Below, one piece after another: positions 49,748-61,368 of a DNA stretch of 64,000 nucleotides. Origin of the DNA: Kudoa neothunni (taxonomy: Eukaryota > Animalia > Cnidaria); the NCBI GenBank assembly GCA_964304625.1, contig OZ199838.1, forward strand, positions 1,653,927-1,717,926, read 5' to 3'. Numbering within the stretch: position 1 is the stretch's first letter; the number at the start of each line of letters is the position of its first letter. Below the pieces are notes generated by a model. It saw only the letters and a list, made by a program, of their open reading frames with translations, had not been told where the DNA came from and ran no database searches. A program made the translations under genes and the position numbers.

Positions 49748-50972
49748 TTATTTGAAGGATCTTGGTAATTGGCACCAATCAATTGTAGCCTTACCATGTT
49801 TTGAAAGGTAGTTATTGGTGAGTGAAAAATGCTTGCAACCGAAAAATCCTCTATCAGCAGAAAAAGGTGAAGGATGAGGACTTGTTAGAATCAAATGTTT
49901 TCGCTAAAAGCATTCAATCATTATAAGTGTTTGACAATAGAAGTTGATACTTTGTCAATTTTTGCTCCTTTCTCTTTCGCATTAGCTCCCCATAGTAAAA
50001 ATACCACACGGTCCATGTTTTTGTTGATATGGTGAATAATGGCATCAGTTAAGTGCTCCCAACCCTAAACAAATCAATAGGCATACCTACTCAATAATTA
50101 CCATTTTTTGGTGTGAGTTTGGCTTAGATTTTTCAACTGTGAGACATGAATTCAACATAAGTACCCCCTGTTGTGCCCAACCCCCCAAAAAACCATGGTC
50201 TGGAATTTTAAAATTTTCAATATCCGTAGAAAGTTCTTTATATATATTTCTTAGGCTAAATATCACGATTCAACTATTGAAATCAATTTTCTCGCATATT
50301 AAAACCTGGCTGGTATGGCAATATTTGGGTTAACACTAAAACTTAGTCCTAAAAATCCAATCAATCATTCGAATCATATTTTCAAATAACCATGAGCTTG
50401 TCCAACGCCATGATATGGATCTTGACCAATAATAACTACTTTTATCTGATTAATAGAATTATTTCTGGAGTAAAACAATCGCCTATAACCTCATCAACGT
50501 TGCAATAATGGCTCCACGAGTGAATCATCTCTACTGTAGAAAAATAATTTTTTTTCATTTTAAAGTCTATTCAAAGGTGTACATGGTGGATATATTGTCT
50601 TGGTCTTTCGCTCGTTAGCAACAAATTCGGCCACCTAAAAATAAAATTATTCGGCTAAAAATAAGCCAACGAGAAGACTTTTTTAAAGTATGGTTTTGAA
50701 AATTCAGCCTGAAGGATTTTTTTCCACTCATTACTCATTCCCTCAGCACCTTTAATAGTCGATTCTTGAAGGAATGATTTCTTTGTCATATTAGGCGAAT
50801 TATCCGCCTTAGACCCATTGTAATTTTCATCATTAACAATTAAATCATTCGATTTCTTTTGAGGTGTTTCAAGAGTTGGAGCGTTTTCAATTGATGAAGA
50901 ATTTCTTTTTTTTGAACTGAAAAAGTAGCTTATTGGTTTCATCCCACGAGTCCCGTTGCGCAAAATATGCAT
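49748..50972 (-). CDS. UNG: Uracil-DNA glycosylase (family 1), multi-exon
   Basis: [85 protein letters not shown]; N-terminal PIP-like GMKPISYFF; two in-frame ATGs (50972, 50942). Confidence 0.95.
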
Positions 50973-51611
50973 TCGCGCAATCGTAATAAATCCGTTAGTT
51001 GATTATGTTGTTTATGTTAAGTCAATGTCTAACAGACAAAAAATGCAAATTAATGATCGGCTTGTAATCTTGATGATTCTAAAAATTGGCGCAATTTGTT
51101 TTAATTATGTAACTTTAAATCAGTGGTGCACAAACTATTGGAGTCTCGGGCCAAATTTTAATTTTCGAAAACTTCCAGGGACCACAAAGTTTATAACTAA
51201 AGTTATAGCTCACACTTTGGATAAATTTAGGAATTTTGAAACGCATTACTCTAAATAACTCATAAGTAATAAGTCTACTTAATGGTTTAAATGAATGACG
51301 AATGACATAGCAAACAATAATTTTCTGTCTAGGCGCCATTAAATTTTCTATTCTCATCAACTTTTTTTTCGAATTTCGGTCCTTTTAGTTTGAAAATAAA
51401 ATCAAAATAAGTTGAATTAAATATGAGATATGCTTTGGGTGAGAAAAATGGTTGTGTGCTCATTTTCAGTTCTAACGGATGTTTATCCTTTGTGTCAAAG
51501 TTTATTTATTTATCTTATAGAAATTTTTCGAACATTTTGATTTTTACACCCAATACGAATACCTTATCATTTCGCATCGTTTATAAAACATACTTTAATT
51601 ATTAACCTTAT

Positions 51612-51676
51612 TTTAACTGAATTTAACTGAATTTAACTGAATTAACTGAATTTAACTAAATTTAACTTAATTTAAA
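51612..51676. repeat. 10-bp tandem repeat (TTTAACTGAA)x~6
   Basis: Read directly; units degenerate toward the right. Confidence 0.85.
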
Positions 51677-53368
51677 CTTGGGGACATCGTTGTCAAGCGA
51701 AATTTTAAATCATAAATCCGCCCAGTACCTGTATGATTTTCTTCTCCTTCATACATATTCAAGAAGAAATAACTAAAATTGGTGTGTGAAATTCGATTAT
51801 ACAGGGGTTTTCTATATCACATGGTGAAGTGGGTAACAGCAATAAATCTGTATGCCTATTTAGAGAGTTTTTTAGATGTTTCGTTCTTACCGGTTCCCAT
51901 ATAATAAAAAAACTTTGATAAATTTTGTTCGTAATCTTATTAGGTTTTCTCGATATATTCAATATCTAGATAAATCAATTGAAGTTAAATAATCGAATGC
52001 TCTATTCATTTTACGTAAAAGTGTACCATTAATCTGAACTTAATTAGGGTTCATCGCGGGCCACAAGAAAGCTCATTGAACATTGAAGGCCAGAGTTTGT
52101 GTATCTGTTTTAAATTCGTTGAACCTTTTCTATATAATAATATCCAATGTATGTACTCAAACATGCAAATTCATAATTAATGTTTACCACAAATTTATCT
52201 TTAAATATATCAGAAGAATTATTCAAGAAACCTTAATCTATACTAAAATGAAATATCACGAATAGAACAATAAGGAAACGCAGAGTTACTTCATTAATTA
52301 ATTTATTTATCTACCATATAATGAGGATGTTACAATGAAATTTTTATCAGCTCACAAAGTTTACATTCTATAAAAAAATCGAATTGTAATTTTTAAAAGT
52401 AACATTTTTTAAAAACGATACACCAAATTACAAGTATTGATGAATAGATTATCTCTAATTTTATTTTACATTTAAATAGAGAGACTTATGGAATACCCAT
52501 GCTTACAGAGGGTAGCAAATAATGTCGAAAATATATAAAATAGATTAATGGGTATTAATTTTAGGGTAGTTACACTTTGAATAGTTGTTTACGATTTTAT
52601 TTTCTTGAAACGAGCAAAAACTATATGAATTTGACAGATTCTTGTATAATTGCTGTGTTGTCGAGCACACACATGATTGTCAACGATTACGCTAAAATAA
52701 GCCAATCTATAAATGATGCTATATGTATTTTCTCATTAGATAATAATATTTAAGTATTATTATCTCAACAAGCTCCATTTTAATTTCACATGCCAACTCG
52801 TTTTTTTCAAGCATCTCTCCATCTAATTACTCTCAAACTGAAAAAACAGCAAGCGCATAAAATTAAAATACCAAATCTACATCGAAAATATAATTTACAT
52901 TGGCCGATAAAATTCCTCCTCAGTGATATTCTTCACGACCTTCAGCAAATATCGAACTAGGAAAAACTATACAAGGCCCTGCTCGTTTCCAAAAATTTCA
53001 TTCATTCGAAACCGTTTTTTTATAGGCTTCTACTTTTCGTTTCATATCAAATATTTCCTGTGTGTTCACTAACACACAATAACACACAGATAGACATTTT
53101 CCAGGGATTAAAACGTTACCCCCAGCTTATTATCACAGAGAAAAATAAAACACATCAGAAAACACCAAACGAACACAACCCCATTTAACATAAAGATTTT
53201 AAAACAACTTAACCAAGTGGAAATTTTAAATAATCTCGAAAATTCAACGATATTAAAACATTAATAAAGCAGCACGCGGACCACGGCATATGTAAAACAA
53301 AAAACACAGGAATCAAAAAGAATCCGCGACATAATTCAAATAACGTCATCTACTATCAACTAACACAA

Positions 53369-54011
53369 TCACATATAGGTTGATGGTGTTTTTCGGCTGA
53401 ATCTAACATTCTTGTGAGATGACATAACACGGTGAGGAAGAGGATATTGAATCTTGCTATTTTGGAATTGTTTCACAAAAGGTCTTCTGCATTTGGAAGG
53501 TGGAACTTCATCAACTCTTAACACATGCATAGTATCAGCTCTAGCACGATGCTTTCCGGCCATGTCAGTGACTGTCAAAATGAAACAATCACAACAACAA
53601 ATACACACCACAAAAAACTTACAGCATCGATTCACAGCTCCAATAAGTGTCATATCACGATACTCTCTGTACATATTGTGGGTTTTGCAACGAGAATCAT
53701 ATCTCAACCAAATGCCGACATTTTTCACATTTTTACTTCTTTCACGATGTTCCCTTATGGAAACCAACTCACTGTTGGTTTTCTTCAATTTCACCAATTT
53801 ATTCATATTGTTCCACACCTTGGCTTTGGCAGAAACCTCGTCTCTGGCGAACACTTTCATTCTGAACAGTTTACCTGTATTTTTATCTTCACCGTGAATT
53901 GGAAGCTTTCTCACCACTACGGTGAACATCTTAAACTAGACAGGTAGGATTTATTGTATGGGAATGAAAGTGAATCAAAAATACTGGACCCATCGGTTGA
54001 GACGAACTCAT
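53369..54011 (-). CDS. RPL18A: 60S ribosomal protein L18a (eL20), 3 exons
   Basis: RKLP...LFRMKVFA...VKNVGIWLRYDSRCKTHNMYREYRDMT...DMAGKHRAR...KIQYPLPHRV; introns ~53936-53984 and 53572-53622; start at 54011 or 53993. Confidence 0.96.
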
Positions 54012-57000
54012 CTTACACGCTGCCAATCTTGAACGACACTATACGAACAATTACGATAGAGTGGGATTTTGATGTGACTTTATTTTCACAACTTTAAATA
54101 AGATGTTTTATTAGATTTACTAATTTTTTAGTTTCAAGAATTTAATTATGCCAATTTATTTTAATTGGAGCCTAATTTATGCTAATAACTACAATAAAAC
54201 GATGATGTATGCTTAATAGTTTTGGAATCATTTTATATTTAAAATTATTATTGAGATAAAATATTTGTGATTTTTCAATCAGGATCTACATATTTGATTG
54301 AAAAAATTAACGAATTTAACATTATACGAGTTGTAGGCATCTATGGTGAACAATTGTAGATAAAATTTAACTTATTAAATCAGTTACTTGTACTAAGACT
54401 ATTCGATTAGTTGGATAGCTGGCTAATGTAGTATCGCTAAACTTACATCAACTACAGACACAAGTTAAGTAATTGTAGTGCGCGTGCGTATGAGTCCGAA
54501 ACAAACAGGCTTTGCTTTTATGTGACTTACTTTTCTAGTTGATAAAAGAGTTCAGTTTTTTTTAGATTTTTCACCAGTATAGCATTTTTAGTGTACAAGA
54601 AGGAAAGAGTAAAAGAAAAGTACCGTCGGCTTGTTTATTCTAAGAGACGCCCCAAATATCGTGACGATTAGTGTTTTATGTTGAAATATATTTTTATGGT
54701 TTATATTATTTGGATAATTATTGCGAAACATCAAACATATAATTTTATTGAATAATCAATGTTTATCTAAACGTAAGTTAGTTGCAAGATTATTTAATGA
54801 AATCCGTAAATAAAATTTGTATGTATTGGAATGAAAGGTGATTTTTTCTATTTAATAATAAAAAAATATTTCAAATGCTATACTGAATGTAAACTATTAT
54901 AAATTACAGTCCTTTTTGAAATTTGAAATTTTAAGAGGGAATGAATCTATAATCATTTATATACCTCTACAATTCGTCTTTAGCTTTATATATATAAACT
55001 AATTAAATAAAGGATCACGCTTAATTTTTTTCAATGTCTTTTAGGAGGAATTGTATAAAAAAATTTGATGTGTTATGAGAGGGCTTTTGAAATATACTCA
55101 TTATTGTTATTATTGTAAGTTCATTTGGGTATTATATTTTTTGATTTTGAACTATAAAACTACTAATTTTTTTGTTTTAATCGATTTCATTCAATAATAA
55201 AAATTTTTTGTATAATTTATGGATATTAAAAATGATTTATTAATAATTAAAAACATTAATCTGCTAAGAATTAATGTGGAAATTTCATAGATATAAATTA
55301 GTTTGTAGTTAGATCGACAATAATACCTAGAGAACTAGAGACATTCAATTAAACTTTGAATTCCATAATGACCATGTAATGTCTCACGTAAGTTATACTT
55401 ATGGTCACCTAACGTGTGTATGTGTCACACCATGTAAACCACATATTAAAATAATTAGAATTTATTGTGAGTAAGCATCAATTATCCTCGTTCTGTTACT
55501 GCCTTAGGGTCAGGGTTTCTCTGCGCTTTTCAAAGACAACAATAATCTTAACACATGTATGAAACCGAATAAAAAATTTGTTTAATATTTGTTTAAAAGT
55601 TGTAATGGAATTGGAGAATGATTATTTGACTAATGCATACGCATACGAGGGAGCTTCCGTTTCGTTTTCATGACATTACAAAATCCTAAATATCTTTATA
55701 AGAAGCAAACATTTTACAATAATTTTTTTAAAATTAATCATATTTTAGATTAATTCAACTTAATAAGTTATATTAAAAAAATAAAATGGAATCTGAATTG
55801 CTTGAAATCAAACAGACCTTTGGATGTTGTTTACGCTTCCTCATATGATCATAAATATGCGGTCTTTTTTGAGATACCTGGATTCATATTCAAAACGAGG
55901 TATTTTTGGGAATTTTTTTTATAGATTTTCTTTTTGTTACACAACGAGATTACATTCACATCAGATTTCTTATGTAATCTTCTGTGGTCAATACAAATCC
56001 GAAATACAGCTTTTAGCCTTTTGAATACAACATTAAAACTATGGCAATGATTATAAAATTATTACAACGCCTGAAGTCATATATGATCATTTTTTAATAG
56101 TTTTTAATTTTGTAGGAACCCTGCGTAATACATCATTATTAATGATTGTACCATAAAGTACGTATTGCAAGTAATAATCTCCTCACAAAGACTTATTCTC
56201 CCTAAATCATAATCATTTTTGGGGAAATTAACTCACATATTTATTTAAGAGTATCATGGAATTATGTTTAGTAATTACGTCGTCCTAAGCTCTAATGTTG
56301 TTCACCAACAAAATAAGCACGTTTAGTTATTAGAAACCGAATATAGTTTACTGTCGTTATAATATATGTTAATTTTGTTAACAACAAATTCACGGCCAAA
56401 TATAATATTTCAAGTCAATTTTTTGGTAAAATCAAAGTTAAAACAATATTTTCTGTTATTTATTTAAAAATTAAACAAATATCTTCTAACAGGATTTTAA
56501 TTCGTATTATCAGCAATGTTAAATTTTTGGTGTCAGTGGCATAAACCTGAGCGTAAAACACTGCAATGAATAAATGAAGCAGAAACCTCAATTTTTCAAA
56601 ATTTGTTCATATTCAAAAATAAATAATTAAACTCTCAAATATTTCATTCAAATTAATCCAATGCTAGAAAAAATAATAAGACATGCATAAGTGACTCTCA
56701 GTGAGCACAATGTTTTCTCGATCCTTCTTTGCGTAACGAAAAGGTTTTTTATACTTTATTGTTTCGAGGAAGAAATATTAATAAACTATGAAAGAAAATC
56801 ATCATGAGAGATGATAAACATATGGAACAAGTTCCTTTCTATTATATTTCATTATCAAAGAATATTTGACTACTTTAAATATCCTAGATAATCTTTTTTG
56901 TAACGAAGTGCATTGAATAATTTTCCATTTCTCCCACCATTTGTTAAGTATGAGGCTGCGTTTTATAGGGGAAGTAATGGAAATAATACCAAGGCAAATT

Positions 57001-57451
57001 AAATATTATTTATATATCTACCATGCTCAGTACATACACTACAACTTTACCAAATGAATAACACTCAATGATTTTACAATTTTAAAATAGTATTCTTGTA
57101 AAGGAATTAAGTTTTAAAGCGATTGACTTAAATTCCTCGTACTGTGGTTCATCTCTAATACAATAACCGTCCAAAGTATTTTGTTCGAATACTTTATTTT
57201 CGTCAAAAGTACTGAGTGTATTGGGAGAATCCTAAGCAGGCCTGGGAACTTTTCACAAAGTACAACGCAACCCCAGACTTTGACCATAATCTGTTCCGGA
57301 AGTGTGTTCGAACTCCGAATAATTGTTTTCCGTGCAAAATAATGAAAATTCATTTAATCCGTTACCGCGTATCAAATAAACGTCTATTTTAATTCTAATT
57401 TATGCATAAACTTTCATACATTGTGTTTATAGAATACAACTAATAAATATT

Positions 57452-58050
57452 AAATATAATAAAAATGAAATATAATGAAAATGAAACATAATAAAATTGA
57501 AATATAATAAAAATGAAATATAATGAAAATGAAACATAATAAAATTGAAATATAATAAAAATGAAATATAATGAAAATGAAACATAATAAAATTGAAATA
57601 TAATAAAAATGAAATATAATAAAAATGAAATATAATAAAAATGAAATATAATAAAAATGAAACATAATAAAATTGAAATATAATGAAAATGAAACATAAT
57701 AAAATTGAAATATAATAAAAATGAAACATAATAAAATTGAAATATAATAAAAATGAAATATAATAAAAATGAAATATAATAAAAATGAAATATAATAAAA
57801 TTGAAATATAATAAAAATGAAACATAATAAAATTGAAATATAATAAAAATGAAATATAATGAAAATGAAACATAATAAAATTGAAATATAATAAAAATGA
57901 AATATAATAAAATTGAAATATAATAAAATTGAAATATAATAAAAATGAAATATAATAAAAATGAAATATAATAAAATTGAAATATAATAAAAATGAAATA
58001 TAATAAAATTGAAATATAATAAAAATGAAATATAATAAAAATGAAATATA
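57452..58050. repeat. 16-bp minisatellite, ~37 copies
   Basis: Unit AAAYATAATRAAAWTG with variants AAATATAATAAAAATG, AAATATAATGAAAATG, AAACATAATAAAATTG. Confidence 0.95.
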
Positions 58051-59443
58051 GGATAAATATTTGTTGGTTGTCATACGATAGATTATAAAAGTTTTTCTTT
58101 CGATGACGGGCCCACAAATTGATCCAGCAGTTTCTTCCTCTAGAATTTTTTTCTTCTCTATTTTTTTTCTAGCTGGATTTGTTCTTAAAACCCTTTCTAT
58201 ATGTGTTCGAAATTAAAGGTGTTTCTGACTCAAAATTTTCGATCGAACTCCAATTTGTACGAGCTCCAAGACGTTCGAACCAACCAATGGTTGCACTGTA
58301 ATTAGTATAATTTTTGTCTTTTAGAATATTTCAATATTTTTTTACTTTAATTTATGAATGGATAAAAAGAAAAGGGGCTTAAGTTATTTAAAAATAATAC
58401 TGCTTATAATATTTAGTTTTCCATTTACTGTTAGATCTGCATCAATACATCATTTTAAATTTCTATTCATTATGATGTTATGTTCGTGCTCATTTAGAAA
58501 ACAATTATTCTTGTATTTAGCCAATTGTGGCGAAAACTAAATCATCCGACGTGAAACAAAATAAATAATTTTTCAATATTTTATTGGTAATAAATACATT
58601 TCGTTCCTTCATAATAACATAATTACATTATTTTTCCTTCGGTTAAGAGGAAAAATTCTCTTAATTTATTTTTTAAATTTTCAGTTGATGGTATTTTGAT
58701 ATAAACTATTTTTATGAAGAATAAGTATTAATTTAATATTGTTAATTTTTATATTTGTTCAACAAATTCACCATTCTAATAATTATATTATTCCAATCAA
58801 GACAGATTAAAGTATTTCATCTAGCCAGATGAGTTTTCAAATATAACAAATATCACATTGAAAATACAACAAATTTTCATTATTTTGAATATTTTTAAAT
58901 ACTAATAATAATCAATTTAATATAATATTTTATATCAATACTTAAAACTTACTTTTATTGTAACAACATTAAAAGGAGCGAAAAATTGTCAAATTAGCAA
59001 ATATCTAGAGATTATTGTGTTATATTTTTATTCCCTCCGCAATCGTTTGAGCAAAGTGATGACAGTCTTTCAGTTTGTAGGATTTGTAAATTAACTGATA
59101 CACTGAAGAATTGATTAATTTGAACCATTGCTATTATATTAACCCCATTTAATCACCTTAACACTTAAATTTCGGTTTTGTCAGCATTAGTAAATACGAA
59201 TGTAATCCAATAATACGGAAAATATACTGTTTGTTGTGTTGATGTATGTTTTAATAAGTTTCCAATTAACAAATTAAATGTGTCATATTTTAATTGTGCG
59301 GAACTTTATTCAGTAATAGAATAGTTAATTAAACGTAGAAAAATGAGATTATTGCTGTCAAAAATATGTGATATTATGATATTTTTTAGGATTAGGATTA
59401 AGTCGACGGTATCACGTTTTGAATCCTGTTGCCGGAGTGTGAT

Positions 59444-59452
59444 TCACGTGAC
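59444..59452. promoter_or_regulatory. E-box (TCACGTGAC) ~35 bp upstream of the TKT ATG
   Basis: USF/TFE-type extended E-box in otherwise CpG-poor DNA; a second TCACGT lies at ~59411. Confidence 0.45.
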
Positions 59453-59487
59453 AGGTTGTTGACTCAGTTAGGCTCTACCCTTGGGAA

Positions 59488-61368
59488 ATGTCGAGTTCGT
59501 TGACCCAAAAATTATATGACCTGGCAAACAAACTTCGAATTCATAGCATCGAAATGACTGAAGCATCAAAGTCGGGCCATCCCACGTCATGCTGTTCGAT
59601 GGCTGAATTGATGTCTGTTCTTTTCTTCCACACGATGAAGTACGACCCAAAGCACCCAAAAAATCCAAACAGCGATAGATTTGTTTTGAGCAAAGGTCAT
59701 GCAGCACCAATTTTATATGCTGCGTGGGCTGAGGTTGGTCTTTTTCCAACATCAGAACTTTTAAATCTCAGAAAAGTGGATTCAGATTTGGAAGGCCATC
59801 CCACTCCAAGACTTTCATTTGTTGATGTGGCTACTGGATCACTTGGTCAGGGTCTTGGTGTTGCCGCAGGTATGGCGTACATGGGAAAATACGTCGAAAA
59901 ATGCCCATACAAAGTTTACTGTCTTATGGGTGATGGTGAGTCTATGGAAGGAAGTGTTTGGGAAGCCGCCTCATTCTCAAGCAGTCATAATTTGGATAAC
60001 TTGATTGCTATCATCGATGTTAACAGACTTGCTCAAAGTGATGCTGCTCCACTTGGTCACGATATGAGTACCCACGAGAAAAGATGGTCAGCTTTCGGTT
60101 TCAACACGTACGTTGTTGATGGTCATAATGTCGAAGTCATTATGGATTCATTATCAAAGATCCATGCTTCGAATGGAAAACCAAGCATTATACTTGCCAA
60201 AACTTTGAAAGGTTTCGGTGTTACAGGTGTCAGCGATATGATGGGTTGGCACGGAAAAGCACTGGGTAAAGTAGCCCCAGCTGCTATCGAAGAGATTTCG
60301 AGCCGAATAGTTAACAAATCTATCACCGGCAAGGATGTGTTTAATGCCGAATCTCAAAAACCACCTTCAATCCTCACACCAAATGACCTCACCAACTACA
60401 CTTTCAAATTGTCAGCCCCGCCAAACTATCAACTTGGCCAAACTGTTGCCACTAGAGTCGCTTATGGAGTGGCTCTCACCAAACTTGGGGAAGCTAATCC
60501 AATAGTGATCGCTTTGGATGCGGATGTGAAAAATTCCACATATTCCGACAAGTTTAAGGCCAAATTTCCCAATCGTTTCATTGAATGTTTCATTGCGGAA
60601 CAAAATATGGTTAGTGTTGCCGTTGGTGCTGGAACTAGAGACCGTGCTGTTCCTTTTGTCAGCACTTTTGGAGCCTTTTTTGCACGTGCATTCGACCAAA
60701 TTAGAATGGCCGCTCTCTCTTTCAGCAAGATCAAGTTGTGCGGATCTCATGTTGGTGTCTCCATCGGTGAGGACGGTGGTTCTCAAATGGCTTTGGAAGA
60801 TCTTGCCATTTTTCGATCTATACCTGGAAGTGTTGTGTTTTATCCATCTGATGCAGTGGCTATGGAACGTGCTGTAGAGTTGGCTGCTGGAACCAATGGA
60901 ATTGCTTACATTCGTTCATCTCGTCCTGAGACTCCAGTTATCTATAGTTGTGATGAGCAGTTTGCTGTGGGCCGAGCCAAAGTTGTTAGAACCACTGATA
61001 AAGACAATATCTGCATGGTTGGTGGTGGTATCACACTGTTTGAAATCCTCAAGGCCGCCACTCTTCTTCAGGAATGTGGCATGAGCCCAAGAGTGATCGA
61101 CATATTTACAGTTAAACCTGTCGATGTGACTACCTTGTTAGAGGCTGCCAGAGCTTGTGGTGGAAAGGTAGTTACAGTCGAAGATCATTATATTGAAGGT
61201 GGAATCTTTGAAGCGGTTTCTTCCGCGTTGGCCCCTTACACTGACATTTCCGTCAAAGGAATCGCCATCTCCCAAATTCCACATAGTGGAAAACCACGTG
61301 AACTATTAGACAAATATGGAATATCGGCAGAGAAAATTGCCGAAACTATCAAAACCTACAAATTCTAA
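59488..61368 (+). CDS. TKT: Transketolase (animal type), single exon, 626 aa
   Basis: SGHPTSCCS, DRFVLSKGHAAPILYAAW, LEGHPTP, TGSLGQG, GDGESMEGSVWEA, ECFIAEQNM, SHVGVSIGEDGGSQMALED, TVEDHY. Confidence 0.98.
   Translation: MSSSLTQKLYDLANKLRIHSIEMTEASKSGHPTSCCSMAELMSVLFFHTMKYDPKHPKNPNSDRFVLSKGHAAPILYAAWAEVGLFPTSELLNLRKVDSDLEGHPTPRLSFVDVATGSLGQGLGVAAGMAYMGKYVEKCPYKVYCLMGDGESMEGSVWEAASFSSSHNLDNLIAIIDVNRLAQSDAAPLGHDMSTHEKRWSAFGFNTYVVDGHNVEVIMDSLSKIHASNGKPSIILAKTLKGFGVTGVSDMMGWHGKALGKVAPAAIEEISSRIVNKSITGKDVFNAESQKPPSILTPNDLTNYTFKLSAPPNYQLGQTVATRVAYGVALTKLGEANPIVIALDADVKNSTYSDKFKAKFPNRFIECFIAEQNMVSVAVGAGTRDRAVPFVSTFGAFFARAFDQIRMAALSFSKIKLCGSHVGVSIGEDGGSQMALEDLAIFRSIPGSVVFYPSDAVAMERAVELAAGTNGIAYIRSSRPETPVIYSCDEQFAVGRAKVVRTTDKDNICMVGGGITLFEILKAATLLQECGMSPRVIDIFTVKPVDVTTLLEAARACGGKVVTVEDHYIEGGIFEAVSSALAPYTDISVKGIAISQIPHSGKPRELLDKYGISAEKIAETIKTYKF

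Noticed and set aside
52790-53060. pogo/CENP-B HTH remnant on the minus strand
   Set aside because: Similarity is too fragmentary to support without a search.
57452-58050. CRISPR-like array
   Set aside because: Contiguous tandem units with no unique spacers, in a eukaryotic context with no cas genes.
57427-58117. 215-225 aa hydrophobic ORFs
   Set aside because: Translation artefacts of the 16-bp minisatellite.
59468-61084. Antisense and alternate-frame ORFs over TKT (likewise over PSMA4, RPL18A and the hAT and RT ORFs)
   Set aside because: Shadow ORFs of real coding sequence with no recognisable motifs.
1953-61368. Non-standard genetic code or non-canonical introns
   Set aside because: The host exons I translated read correctly in the standard code and the introns I checked were GT-AG; in-frame stops were seen only in TE relics or at the two homopolymer frameshifts.
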